Assembly (NCBI GenBank): GCA_964016885.1
Contig: OZ024740.1
Location: 111,104,001-111,168,000, forward strand
DNA from: Eledone cirrhosa
Taxonomy: Eukaryota
DNA length: 64,000 bases
Direction: 5' to 3'
In this document: positions 1-13,280 of the stretch, in pieces
Layout: each line of letters opens with the position of its first letter
Position numbering within the stretch: position 1 is the first letter of the stretch
Program-made: the position numbers and the translations under genes
Notes under the pieces: generated by a model
Told to the model about the DNA's origin: nothing
Database searches by the model: none
Seen by the model: only the letters and a program-made list of their open reading frames with translations

Positions 1-476
1 TTCCCCAATAGAGGGAGACAGTTTATATGGGTAACACATACCCCCGAAAAAATGTGCAACCCTCATCTCCAGGAGTACGAAGAGCTTGTACTCCTTTCCT
101 CTCCTCCTCCTTTTCCTCAATCTACAGGCTGATATAGAGAGAAGGCCCATTCACTCGGGCCATTCTCGCCACTTTCACCCACCTTTCATAAAACTTGCTG
201 CGGTACAGCACCTCTCTCTCCATCCTGATTCTTCTTCCAAAGTGGTATTTGAAAAAAAGAATCAGTTGTTGGCCGGAGAGAAAGGTGTCTGACCTCAGCC
301 CTTTCAACCTTGTCCACCATACAACCTCTTTCGCCATAGCTATCACACAAAGGAAAACCGCCTCTCCTTCGTTTTTGAAGGAGGGTGGCGGTTTGATCAT
401 GACAATGGACTCGGTGGTCAACTGGATTGGTCCCACCCGCGACAATAGTCGTTCTACATATCCCCACAGGTCAGTG
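1..476 (-). mobile_element. Tx1/L1-like LINE, ORF2 C-terminal fragment plus 3' region
   Basis: Minus strand reads DLWGYVERLLSRVG...IAMAKEVVWWTR...RRIRMERE...KFYERW*, resembling the LW/AK..W..R/F...W pattern at the end of Tx1/L1 ORF2. Abuts a (GATA)n tract. Confidence 0.55.
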
Positions 477-478
477 AC

Positions 479-545
<67 letters not shown>

Positions 546-558
546 CGGATAGATAGAT
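477..558. repeat. (GATA)n microsatellite
   Basis: Directly visible tandem GATA. Confidence 0.95.
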
Positions 559-1105
559 GAGACTAAAATAAAATCATTTCAGTCATATTACACCTTAAGG
601 ATAGCTCAATACAATTACAGACTGAAAACTATATTATGTACACCTTATTTATACAAATTATATTAAGGTGTAATTATGTATAGATATTAAAAGTAAGCAT
701 TGCAAGCAAAAATATATCCTAAAAGAGAAAATATAATTTTACCTACAAACATTTGTTTCTGCCGAATTGTTTCATTGGGGAAGGAAGATTACTAATTAAG
801 ATTATCAACCAGTAATGAAGACATCAAAATTATCAGTAAGCTTCAACTTAAAACATACATTACAGTTTAAACAAGGAATATTCCAGTGAAATTACTTTTT
901 TTTGTTAAAACTCTCGCATATATAAACATATTTTAGAGGCTGAAGCAGCTCGAATAGTTTTATGTTGCCTGTTATTCAAACTATAATTTGACTAATAGAC
1001 ACCGAAAAATGAAAGTAACGATTCAAGACTCTACAGCTTCATATAGTATGTGTAAACTCTACTTTATGTACTATGCGTTTCCTTTTTAAACAAACCTTTA
1101 ACCAA

Positions 1106-1198
<93 letters not shown>

Positions 1199-1202
<4 letters not shown>

Positions 1203-1514
1203 TAGGATTGGTGTTCTGAAATACCGATGTATACATGAGTGTATGTATAGTATATTTGGCAATATACCGTATGTTTAATTAAAAACATTTTGAAGACCTC
1301 ATTTTTAAAGTTGTGAATATGTCACGTACTTCTTTATTCGGCAAAAGAAGGGAGAGAAGCTGACAGATTCTGTTTCACGCTGTTGGCGATCCTCGCCTTT
1401 GCCGAAAATTATAGAAGTAAGTGACATAGTCACTACTTTAAAAGTGATAGCGCAAGGTCTTCAAAATGTTTTTAATTAAACATACATTATATTGCCCAAT
1501 ATACTATACATACA

Positions 1515-1520
<6 letters not shown>
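1199..1520 (-). mobile_element. Fold-back mini-element with hammerhead-like core in the loop
   Basis: Imperfect inverted arms ~1235-1345 / ~1398-1520. The loop on the minus strand reads GGCGAGGA-TCGCCAACAGCGT-GAAAC-AGAATCT-GTC. (TA)n on both sides. Confidence 0.7.
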
Positions 1521-1574
<54 letters not shown>

Positions 1575-1927
1575 AATATAAATTAGCGAGAGTCGCATTT
1601 CGGCTATTGGAAATTAGCGAAAAACAACTTCCGAGATGTGTGGCAAGCAGTCCATAGATACTAGTGAACTAGAGCAACAACGTACGTTGAAAGGCCAAAC
1701 ACACTGAGACCATGGTTAAACCATTATCCGCAAAGCCATAGAAACGACCAAGCTATTCGGGTCAAACAAATAATAACATATGATTGAAAATTATACCCGG
1801 ACCCCTGGAATCGGTGGTAAAATCCAATATGGGGTTTCTGCAACTCCTAAATCAGGTACTGTCTGCTTAAACAAATAATGTTAAGCTTTTGGTATGATGA
1901 TCGAAAAAGGAAGTCACTTTTTCAACA

Positions 1928-1978
<51 letters not shown>

Positions 1979-2049
1979 AATTGTAATAAGGAACCATATG
2001 GACCATAACGCACCAGAGTACTCAATACTTAGGGTAGTAGAGTGGGAAA

Positions 2050-2888
2050 TACCAAAAAGTATGACCCAGATGGCAGAGCGCAAGCCGTTTCGACGGCTAA
2101 TTCTGGACTAAATTAGGATTTTTAGCCTGGTGAATAAATAGCCGAACTTGTCAAGGGGGTACTTCCTTATATGGGAAGATTGTAGTTGTCAAGAGGATTA
2201 CGTTAAAATTTGTTGTAAACACAAATAAGTCTATCATGGTATTTGGGGGGAGGTATGGGTGGCTGAACTTGCCTGTAGAGCAATAGGGGAGTGAGTGTAG
2301 CGGTCAGGCGTTGAAAGTGATATGTATACAGCAGTTTCTAAGGAGAGTTTATGAAATGGAGGAGGGAGGTTATAGGATAGGTAAATCGAATGACAGTAGG
2401 AGACAATAAAAGATACTAGAAATAAATAAAAAAATATATAAAATTAGATAGTGAGAAATGAATAAAAAAATCACAATGCTATCTTACAATTACAGGTTAA
2501 TAAGTTGAGAATAGAAAAAACTTGTAGAAATTACAAAACTGTTACAAAATTAAAAGGGTTTAACACATCTGCTATAAGTAGTTAGTAAAACGTATTAGGC
2601 CAATTCTATCTTAAAATTACAGGGGTGGGGGAACTGATGCTACAGAGGCCCGATGGGCTGCATTGGGGTAGGCGAAAGGGGAAAAGCAGACGAGGAAAAA
2701 ATAGGGGATGGAAGGAAGTGATAGGATGAGACAGGGGGAAGAAGAAGACAAAGAGGAAAAGAAAAGAGATACAATACCTATGTAAGCTGGGGTTTCCCCT
2801 AACTTATTCGGCAAGTGTGGGGAGTATCAGCCCTTGTCTACCCACCCGGGTCGTCATGGGGTTTGAGGGCGAGGTAAGTCCTTCGCAC
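2050..2888 (-). repeat. Inverted pseudo-LTR, left arm (partner 4963-5808), with ~75-bp extra tail at 1976-2050
   Basis: Continuous reverse-complement alignment by eye with scattered mismatches. Confidence 0.92.
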
Positions 2889-2889
2889 G

Positions 2890-5014
2890 ATGCGAAAACA
2901 CAACATTGACTTCTCCACCAAGAACATCCCAGTTCCACCGAGAAAACTTTACCTTCGGATGCTCACGCAAAAAATCGACCTTTTTGCGAAAAGACTAAGA
3001 TGGAGAACTTTTTTCTACGATAGATACCGCGACAATCAGGATTTCGACACCAAGGAGAGATTCGGATTCAATACCTACAAGTCTTCCCCTCCGATCCCTA
3101 TGCTCTCACCCTTCGAGAACGACCTTTTCCCCCTGGTTAAGAGCATTGAATTCAATCCCAGAGACAACAGATTCCTACAACTCCGTAGCAAAATAACAGA
3201 GTATGAAAACACCAACGACATCATGGTGCACTCGGACAAAACTGGAAACCTCTACTTCGTCAACCCTGACAGATACAACACACTGATCAGGAGCAGCCTA
3301 AACTCCACCTATAAAAAGGCTAACCATTCAATTATCGAGGCCATAAATCGAGATGGACAACAAAATACCTCCAGCCTCGGGGTCACCGACCGCACTGAAC
3401 CCCTAGACCCACAGACTCCCTACTTCACACTCAAGAACCACAAATCCGACTTCGACCGCAAACCATCCATTAGGCTTATAAACCCAACGAAGTCGGACAT
3501 AGGGAGAATCAGTAAAAAGATCCTAGACCGAGTTATACCAAAAGTTAAGCAAAACGTGAGACTTAGCCTATGGATCAGCACCCAGGAAGTAATCTCATGG
3601 TTCAGGTATATGGAGGACAAACGAGACACAAAATTCATCCAGTTTGACATAGAGATCCAGTTTGACATAGAGATGCATCTATTACCTTACCGCTCCTTAC
3701 GGCCGCCTTGGACTTTGCCGAAACACTCACACCCATCACTGACCAGGAAAGAAATATCATTCACAACGCCAGGAAGACAGTCCTACTTTTCGACAACTCC
3801 AAGTGGATAAAGAGAGCCCCCCCCCCCCCTTCGACGTCAGTATGGGCGCGACGGATTCGGCCGAGGTCACAGATCTTATAGGATTATTCCTACTATTTAA
3901 ACTCACCGAAATGTTTTCTGCATTCGGCGGTGGATTGTACAGGGATGATGGGCTCCTCATCCTCAATGGTTACAACCCTAGTAGTACAGACCAGGTCCGT
4001 AAACAACTAATCAACTTCTTCCGGGACTGGGGATTTAAAATCACCCGACAAAGTCCCTAACCCGAGTCAATTTCCTGGACGTTACCCTTAACCTCGAAAA
4101 TGAGCTGTACTACCCATACCCGAAACCAAACGACAACCTGCACTACATCCACCGCCGCTCTAACCATCCTAGAAACATCACCAATAACCTGGTTAAAAAC
4201 ATCTCCCTCCGCATATCTCGTTTGTCCACTAATGAGCAGATATTCGACGAACACGCGCCTCATTACAACCAGGCCCTCAAGTGGAGTCGCTTCCGGGAGG
4301 AAATATCCTTTTATCCAGCTTCCCTTAGCGGAACCAGCAGGCGACACCGCCGCTCACGCAACGTAACGTGGTTCAATCCTCCCCATAATGCCGAGGTGGC
4401 AACACCTATCGGGAAAATCTTCTTTAGACTCCTCGAAAAACACTTCCCACTACTCCACCGCTATCACAACATAATCAACAAAAACACTATCAAACTCTCC
4501 TTCAGCCCCACACCTAACTTCGCACAAAACATCGTCTCCTCAAACAACAAAAAACTCAACCCCTATGGAAGAAATAACCTAGATATCAGTGGAGAGCCGA
4601 CCAGGAGGTGTAACTGCCCTGATAGATCTACGTGCCCCCTCAACAACAAATCCCGAGAACGTAACGTGATCTACCAGTGCAACGTGAGGACGGACACCTC
4701 CAACAAAGCTTATATAGGATTAACCGCGTGTGACTTCGAAACCCGGTCCGGCGACATGCCACTACAGTTTCGGGCCACATCTGGGACCTCCAAGATAATA
4801 ATATAACCTACAATCTCACTTGGAGCTTACTGTCCAGAGCTACTCTTACACGGGAGGACGCCGTCCGTGTAACTTATGCTAAGAGGAAACATTACAAATG
4901 GTGTTTTCGAAGGACCAACCCCTAAACAAGAAAGACGAACTGGTAACCGCATGCAAACACAGATTGCATAGGACTTACCACGCCCTCAAACCCCAAAATG
5001 ACCCATGTGAGTAG
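2890..5014 (+). pseudogene. Disrupted PLE reverse transcriptase / GIY-YIG endonuclease ORF
   Basis: Pieces in ORFs 2890-3810, 3803-4060 and 4222-4806, plus tail ...CNLC*EETLQ...LNKKDELVTACKH...CE* ending at TAG 5012-5014. Several frameshifts, one TAA, and an 18-bp internal duplication (atccagtttgacatagag x2 near 3637-3672). Confidence 0.9.
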
Positions 5015-5702
5015 ACAAGAGCTGATACCCCCCCCCCCCGCCCCACACACACTTGCTGAATAAGTTAGGGGAAACCCCAGCTTACATAGGTAGATGTATC
5101 TCGTTTCTTTTCCTCTTTGTCTTCTTCTTCCCCCTGTCTCAGCCTATCACTTCCTTCCATCCCCTATTTTCTTCCTCGTCTGCTTTTCCCCTTTCCCCTA
5201 CCCCAATGCAGCCCATCGGGCCTCTGTAGCATCAGTTCCCCTACCCGTGTAATTTTAGGATTGGCCTAATAGGTTTTACTAACTACTTATAGCAGATGCG
5301 TTAATCCCCTTTAATTTTTATCAGTTTTGTAATTTCTACAAGTTTTTTCTATTCTCAACTTATTAACCTGTAATTGTAAGATAGCGTTGTGATTTTTTTA
5401 TTCATTTCTCACTATCTAATTTTATATATTTTTTTATTTATTTCTAGTTTCTTTTATTGTCTCCTACTCTCGTTCGATTTACCTTCCTATCACCTCCCTC
5501 CTCCACTTCATAAACTCTCCTTAGAAACTGCTGTGTACATATCACTTTCAACGCCTGACCGCTCCACTCACTCCCCTATTGCTCTACAGGCAAGTTCAGC
5601 CACCCCTACCCCCCACAAAATGCCATGATAGACTTATTTGTGTTTACAACAAATTTTAACCAATCCTCTTGACAACTACAATCTTCCCATATAAGGAAGT
5701 AC

Positions 5703-5782
5703 CTCCTTGACAAGTTCGGCTATTTATTCACCAGGCTAAACATTCTAATTTAGTCCAGAAATAGCCGTCGAAACGGCTTGAG
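5703..5782 (+). ncRNA. Hammerhead-like motif in the PLE pLTR (U3-A8 variant, long helix II); mirror copy at ~2079-2160 on minus
   Basis: TTGACAA (5707-5713), G..CGGCTATTT / AAATAGCCG..C stem, GAAAC (5770-5774). Cleavage-site region is non-canonical. Confidence 0.55.
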
Positions 5783-5807
5783 CTCTGCCGTCGGGATCAT
5801 ACTTTTT

Positions 5808-5867
<60 letters not shown>

Positions 5868-6349
5868 TACATATATTATGTGTCTGTGCACGTATCAGTC
5901 GGTCTGTCTATTTATCTATCCATCCAGCCATTTGTCTTTCCCTCTCAATCCCACCCTCTGTCTCTCTTTCTACATGACAATGTCCATATCCAAATATCTC
6001 AGACACAGATACGAACAGTGTTTGTCCCTGTTCCTGTCATGTAACAGATTCCGGCTATCATGTGTTGTTAGTGTGTATGTACTTCTAGTTAGGGGATTAG
6101 GGAGCGTTATACAATCACCAGATGATATAAGCATACAGAGAGATAAACAGAGTGAGACGTTCGTTTGGGCTTGGGTTTAAGGCAACCCCACGATTCCATT
6201 AAATGTCTTTTGGTAAACGTCCTTATGGGAGCTTACCCAGAGGCATTTACACGAATCCTCAAAATCATTATAACTTCGCATCTATCCCTCCTTGCACTCA
6301 TGCTTATGACTATACAACCTTATTATGACTATACAACCTTACACACACT

Positions 6350-6478
<129 letters not shown>

Positions 6479-6855
6479 TATGTATGTGCTACATATTTAT
6501 GTGTAATATGAGTGCATGTGTGGCATTATGTATATGCGTACATATCTATGTATATATGTTTATATATATTCCTACATAGTTTACATGCATTTCCAGCCCC
6601 ATCTTTTCCATTTAACTATAGTCTTTATATATTTTAAACACGTCTATCTTTTCCAGCTACAGCTTCGCTACACGTAGAAATCATCATATCAACATTTCTC
6701 TATCTCCTTCCCGTTCGTATCCTGGAGGTGTAACTAGTCAATATGTTATTTCTCTCACTCTCTCTCTCTCTCTCTCTCTCCACCTCTCACTCTCTCTCTT
6801 TCCACCTCTCTCCATTCCCTGTCCTCTCTCACCTCTCACTCATTTTCAGCCCTCC

Positions 6856-6915
<60 letters not shown>

Positions 6916-6929
6916 ACTCTCCACCTCTC

Positions 6930-6988
<59 letters not shown>

Positions 6989-7075
6989 CTCCCTCTCTCT
7001 CTCCACCTCTCTCCATTCCCTGTCCCCTCTCACCTCTCACTCATGTTCAGCCCCCCCCGTCTCTCTCTCTCTCTG

Positions 7076-7129
<54 letters not shown>

Positions 7130-7131
7130 TC

Positions 7132-7162
<31 letters not shown>

Positions 7163-7976
7163 CCACCTCTCTCCATTCCCTGTCATTTTCAGCCCTCTCT
7201 CTCCCCCACTCTCTCTGTCTCTCTCTCTCTCTGTCTCAGCCAAACTCACTCTCACTTTATCACTTCTCTTCTATTTCATACCATTACCCCCAAATTTATT
7301 TGTCCAGTATTAATATTTTTCTAGTTCGCTACGTTCCTAAAGTTTCTCTCTATTTTCAAATTATGGGTCTTTTTTATTCACAAAAAAGGTAAATAAATCA
7401 GATTGCATGGAACAACGATGCTAGAAGCAAAATTAAAATGTTATTAAATTGAGTATTAAATATTCACACACTTGAGGCTAATTAAACAATTAAACACACA
7501 GTTTTTTTGCTGTAGTATTGTGCCTTTTGTTGGTGTTATATTTGCTTCTCAAGGATTTCACCAACAGGCATTTCTTTTTTATTGGAAGCCAAACATTACC
7601 CTAATTTTCATGTTATTCTTGCTCTTCTAGTGTGCGTGAGTGTTATCATGTGTATACACGTGTGTGTGTGTATATGCGTATATACATGTATATATGTGTT
7701 TAAGTGTGCAATGTGTGTGTATGTATGTACACGAGTTTGTCTATGCATATCCTGGCTATCTACCTAGATAGTCAGTTATATGTGAGTGTGTGCGTGCCTG
7801 TATGTATACATGCGTATGTATGTAAATATGTATGTAGGTATGTGCATGTGTATATATATATATATATGTGTGTGTGTATGTATTTATTTATTTATATATA
7901 TGTTTATAATGTATATATATACACGTATATACATCTCTCTCGCTCTCTCTCACTCTCTCTCACAATCACACACACA

Positions 7977-8020
<44 letters not shown>

Positions 8021-8021
<1 letters not shown>

Positions 8022-8240
8022 GGAACGATCGACTCTCGTCGAATCGGACCGAGGGAACAATGTTTCCGTTGGTCTTTCCAATTGCTAATACTATCTATCG
8101 GTCGCAACTCCAGGTAGAAGGAGCAACGTGAAATAAAGTGTCTTGCTCAAGGACATAACGCATCGCCTGGTCCAGGAATCGAACTCACAACCTTACGATT
8201 GCGAATCCAATTCTCTATCCACTCCGCCACACGCCTTCAT
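8021..8240 (-). mobile_element. tRNA-derived SINE (family 2); second copy at 51390-51610 on plus
   Basis: A box TGGCGGAGTGG, B box GAGTTCGATTC, central TGTCCTTGAGCAAGACACTT box. Aligns with 51390-51610. Confidence 0.85.
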
Positions 8241-8248
8241 ATATGTGA

Positions 8249-8343
<95 letters not shown>

Positions 8344-8358
8344 ATATATAATTTACAT

Positions 8359-8412
8359 ATACTCTTTTACCTGTTCCAGCCATCCGGCTGAGGCCATGGT
8401 GGGGCACTGCCC
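8359..8412. mobile_element. Short SINE-end fragment (TACTCTTTTACCTGTTCCAGCCATCCGGCTGAGGCCATG); copies at 34062-34123 (reverse complement) and 46233-46290
   Basis: Three near-identical dispersed copies in the window. Confidence 0.7.
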
Positions 8413-8429
8413 TTGCTGCTACACATTTT

Positions 8430-8957
8430 ATATCCAGCCTGTGTTGGTTGGCCATTGGTGTAAGAGGGAGTTCGTTCCTGCTGCGCTTAGGTCACCTTCC
8501 TACCGTACTGTGGACTCAACCGGGATCCTGGATAGCAGGGTGTCAAGATGTTTCTTGAAAGCATCCACGTCCGCAACATGCAGATCTCTCTAATTTCTTA
8601 TTAGCTTGTTGAAGAGTTGAGGGCCTTTGAACCCTAGGCTATTGCAATATCTGCTCCTTATTCTAGATGTGAAAAGCGGGACCTTTCGCACCACACAGGG
8701 ACGTCTTGTTCAGGGGTTGGTCCAGCTCTCAATGCCATAGTTTGGTGCTTGTCCCTCCTGGATTTTCCTTATATATATCTCTGCATATCTCTCCCGTCTT
8801 CATTCTAAGGAGTAGAGTTTCAGTTTTTTACCCTCTCCCAGTAGTTCATCTCCATCGTGGCAATCCTCTTGGTGTAGCCTTGTTGTTAGATTGCCTCAAG
8901 CTCCATGGTTAGTTTGATACTATGGAGTGACCACAGCTGGGAGCAGTAGTCCAGTCG

Positions 8958-8960
<3 letters not shown>
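8430..8960 (-). mobile_element. CR1-group LINE, ORF2 C-terminal fragment
   Basis: Minus strand: RLDYCSQLWS...NYWERVKKLKLYSLE*RRERY...GPQLFNKL...AFKKHLD, a typical post-RT region of CR1/L2/Jockey-group LINEs, with stops. Confidence 0.8.
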
Positions 8961-9018
<58 letters not shown>

Positions 9019-9023
<5 letters not shown>

Positions 9024-9300
9024 ATTATTATGTAATAAACAACACAAGGCAATTATTCCATTTACCAGTGGTTTCTTAAAAGCAAAAGGTTTTGCTTTCA
9101 ATCCTCAGAATGAAAAAATCCAGGATTTTTTTCATTCTGAGGATTGAAAGCAAAACCTTTTGCTTTTAAGAAACCACTGGTAAATGGAATAATTGCCTTA
9201 TGTTGTTTATTACATAATAATAATAATAATTAAGCTCTGTTGCCTACATAGAGCACTCTTTTTTCCTGGACTTTTCCGATGGAATTACTTCATTCACACA
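9019..9300 (+). mobile_element. Fold-back mini-element: ~210-bp near-perfect palindrome (centre ~9122) plus tail, with minimal HHR-like core
   Basis: 9019-9120 is the reverse complement of 9124-9226. CTGAGGA-TT-GAAA-GCAAAACCTTTTGC-TT at 9137-9165. (TA)n flanks. Confidence 0.75.
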
Positions 9301-9374
9301 CATATATATATATATATAGAATAGAATGAAACGAAATTTTATTTCTCACTCTTAGTACGTCAGTTACACACATA

Positions 9375-9445
<71 letters not shown>

Positions 9446-9504
9446 ACATATATTTACATATATATATTATATATATATATTTATATATGTATATATGTGT
9501 AGGT

Positions 9505-9730
9505 ATTTGTACATGAGGTAGACAGATATACCAAAGCAAACAACACAGTCCAATGATGAAATTTTACACTTGATATTGCAGGCAAGGTGTCTTAATGTTG
9601 CGGACCATAATTCTTCATCAGAAAATAGAATAAGAAAATAAAGAAGAAATAGAAAGATATAGGAGAGTGAGTAATGGTAGAAACGATCTATTGAGGTTGC
9701 CATCTTTTTATGTGTAGTCTTATGCGTAAA
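9505..9730 (-). mobile_element. Degenerate HHR-bearing mini-element related to 61440-61618
   Basis: Minus strand CTGATGA...GCAACATTAAGAC...ATATCAAG...TGTGTTGTT parallels CTGATGA...GAAACGTTAAGAC...ATATCAAG...TGTGTTGTT at 61500-61599. Confidence 0.6.
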
Positions 9731-9759
9731 TATATATATATTTCAATACACACAGACAC

Positions 9760-9795
<36 letters not shown>

Positions 9796-9851
9796 ATGTA
9801 TATATATATGATATATATATATCATATATATATCATGTATATATCTTATAT

Positions 9852-9928
<77 letters not shown>

Positions 9929-12869
9929 TTATCTATATATATACATTAATCTATGAATGTTTGCGTGTCTATCTACCTCCATTTGTGCATCTATCTATCT
10001 ATCTATCTATCTCTCAAATTTAATGTGTTTGAATGTGTGTATATATGCGTATGCACGCGCGTGTGTATATACGTACTTATGTGTGGATATGTTTAACAAT
10101 ATGTGTGCATAAATATGATATACTGGTGTATCTTGGGAAATCAGATAATGAGCAATTTCCACAGAAGTATGCTAAACGCAGTCTGATTAATTTACATATG
10201 TTTTGATAATAAAAGAATTTTTATATTTTCTCACAGAAATAATTTAATTTTCAAAATGTATTCTCTTTTGGTTCAAACTATTTTTTGTTTCGTTTTTTTT
10301 TTTACTCTAATATAAATTAGAAATTTCTTTCTCTTTGTTTAAAAACCAACGTCATTTCCTGTCACTCAAAGTGAAAAAATTGAATTAATGTGGCATTCAT
10401 GTCACGCCCCTAAGGGATTTTGTGACATAACTGAAGGGATATGGTTTTATAACGAAATTGAAACCGTATCGTACAATTTGCTACTTCAGTACGCTCCAGC
10501 ATTTAACATTTAACGTGACGGAATGAGGTCAACACTACGTAGTTACTCGAACTTCTAGAAATAGCAGCGAAATCTATCTTAAACCATATTTTACTATCTT
10601 TAAAGGAGGAAGAGTCGCCATCGAATACGTAGTTTCAGAGAGATTATATGCGAAGAAAAATACAGAACGGAGTGATTTCGGCTGGAATGATTTGGACAAT
10701 AAATCTGTTGGATTTACAATTAAAGCAACACGGCTTTGCATTCAAAGGATCTAGGTTTAATCCAACTACGTAGTATATTGACCATGTGTTATTTACCATA
10801 GCCCCAGAACAACTATCATTTAACATAGCTGACTCCCCTTAATAGATTTCTTACGTATACCCATAGTCAGACATTGTAAAGATCTGTAACAAAAACCACA
10901 AGACATTTTATTTGTTGCTCCTTAAAATTCAGCCAATTATCTGCCCTACGACCAGTAATGTTAGGGGAGAGATAAGAAGGTTATATCTACTATAATACTC
11001 GAGTGGTACCTTATTTTATTGACCGCGTATGGAAGAAAGCAAATTTGACGTCAGAGCGATTTGAACTCAAAACTTAAAGATTTGGAACAATTACCTCCAG
11101 GCATTTTCTCTTACGCTCTAGCGGTTCTGATATTTCGAATAATAGTATATTACTAATAACAGCATTTTGATAACAACACGCCAAAAGCCACCTCGGGTTT
11201 TATACAACAAAGCCCAATATTTTAATGGGCTCTTATTAAAATTAACACCTTCTAACATAGTTTCATAAAAATAAAACTTTTAAGTGTTACAAAAAGAACC
11301 GTAATAAAATAATTAATAATTCTAATAACTGACTGATTAAAATACAGAGTATTTAAAATTGGACTGTATAATGGTTACGAAAATATATTTTCTTCAATAA
11401 TTATATTGGTGTGTGCTTTCGTATTAAAAAAAAAATGGTATAATTGAAGTTGATTAGAAAACATGCCATTATTGCTGCAAACATAATCCTTATGTAATCA
11501 AATCGTTTGTCTTATTGGTATTGGAAATTATCGATAAAATAGCAGATTGAGTTATCTGCCGTTCAATGATTTATACGGCAGTTGACTATATACATTTTAC
11601 TCAGATGTTCAACAGGACGGAAACCATTAATATGACGTTCATAATGAGAAACTGCTGATAATATTGGCTAAAGTTAGGATGCTCTTTCTGCGTACGTTTG
11701 TGTATGTTGCTGCGTGTGTGCGTGCTTCTGTGTGTGGATGTATGTGTGTGTGTGATTGTGTGTGTGTGTGCGTGCGTGCGTGCCTGCGTGTTTGGCGGAC
11801 AATTGTATGCATGTGCTTTTGTGTATTTTCATGTAATTCAGTGTGTTTATGTGTGTTCATGTGTGCAATTGTATTTGTTAGTGTCTGTAATTCTGTGTTT
11901 GTGATGTGTTTTATATTCACATGTATGTACATGGAATCAGATAACTTTGTGCATTTATCTCAATGTGTCCATGTGTAAGCATGGGGAGCAAGGTTTCCTC
12001 TCAGATCTATAGTGATTTTATGGGCACAGACACGGATGAGTTGTTGAGAATTTTGCTTCATGTTATGTGGTCCTGGTTGGGTAACACCACATGGAATCTG
12101 ATGTAACTCTCTTTACAATAGCCTCGGTTCGACGCAATCCTAGTGAGTGAAATTAGACAGCCGGACAATGTGTTCAAACCCATCCTATGGGCTGTGCCTG
12201 TTATACAAAGGATAGCTTCGTCACACATCACGTCATTCTCATTCTAGCTGAGAATCTTTCAAGTGTACTTATACCAGCATCAAGAAACCACCTATGTATT
12301 CTGTCACAAACATTCAAAGAGAAGTACTATGAGCTTCTATTAGATTTCATCAGAGATTATTCATCCACCTGATGGCGAAAGGAAGGAAGGTGCAGAGATA
12401 ATAAGGCTTTTGGTCAGAGTGAGGAAATCATATACATTCCTTGGTGAGGAAATCATACACATTAAACCTGCATCTTAAGCAAATTTATACATACACAGTT
12501 GGAAATAATTTTTTTTTAATTCAAAACTCTGCAAAACTGTTAACGTCTTATTCTACCTAAAATCGTATCACCCAGTGAAAGGAAGAAAGCGTTAAACTTT
12601 CATTTTATTCCTGTGTTTTCTCAACCTACAGAGAACCTACGTTTTGCCTCTTCCACAATATCGATATACGTAGGAACTAAATATATGATTATTCAACATA
12701 AACGGAAAACTGGGAACTAAGATGGGGACCCAATTGTATATCGTTTTTATTTGTATTGTATCTTTAGGTAGAATAGTTACAAAGCCGAGTCGGTAGCAAG
12801 CGTTCCATTACATATAACACAAATTTCTAGCCTTTTTTCTTACTTCCAGTTCACATTTATAATTTAAAA

Positions 12870-13280
12870 TAAATCTGTTACGGTATAACACAGCCTAATT
12901 CAATTGTTACAATTGTGGATCAGTTCATGGTTGTTGAAGGATTCCAGATGATTGTAGCACAGTAGAGGAAGGATCGGGGCACATGTCTAAGATTAGGTTT
13001 GGATGTTAGACATTGTAAGGATGATGACAGAAGAGAAATATATGTATTCGATGGATCTTAGTAATGTATATTTGCAATTATATAGCTCTTAGGAACAGAG
13101 CCGTTAGAGTAGCTATAGAAAAAAGAGAGGAGAAAGAGCACATCTGAGGAGATAAGGATAGTTGCGTATTGGAGGAGTTTGATACACGTTTTGGATGTTT
13201 GTAGCAGCACCACTGTCCCTGATATGTATCTACACAGTACTTTATTTCAGGGGTTACTTGAGGCCTGTAAAGGTCAGTGA
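12870..13280 (-). mobile_element. Highly decayed LINE (CR1/L2-like) 3' fragment
   Basis: Remnants resembling LY..QV.P.IKYC, LFFYSYSNG and SFL....IWN on the minus strand, with many disruptions. Confidence 0.3.

Larger units (their letters stand above)
1976..5810 (+). mobile_element. Penelope-like retroelement (C-terminal GIY-YIG; Nematis-like by inference) with inverted pseudo-LTR, inserted in (TA)n
   Basis: RT motifs QFDI, MGATDSAEVTDLIG and GLYRDDGL; linker CNCPDRSTCPL; GIY-YIG as NVIYQC...YIGLT; then CNLC and CKH. 2050-2888 is the reverse complement of 4963-5808. TA repeats on both flanks. Confidence 0.93.

Noticed and set aside
2890-5014. Selenocysteine recoding as reported for some Naiad PLEs
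   Set aside because: The disruptions seen are frameshifts and a TAA, not in-frame TGA at Cys positions, and the endonuclease is C-terminal, unlike Naiads.
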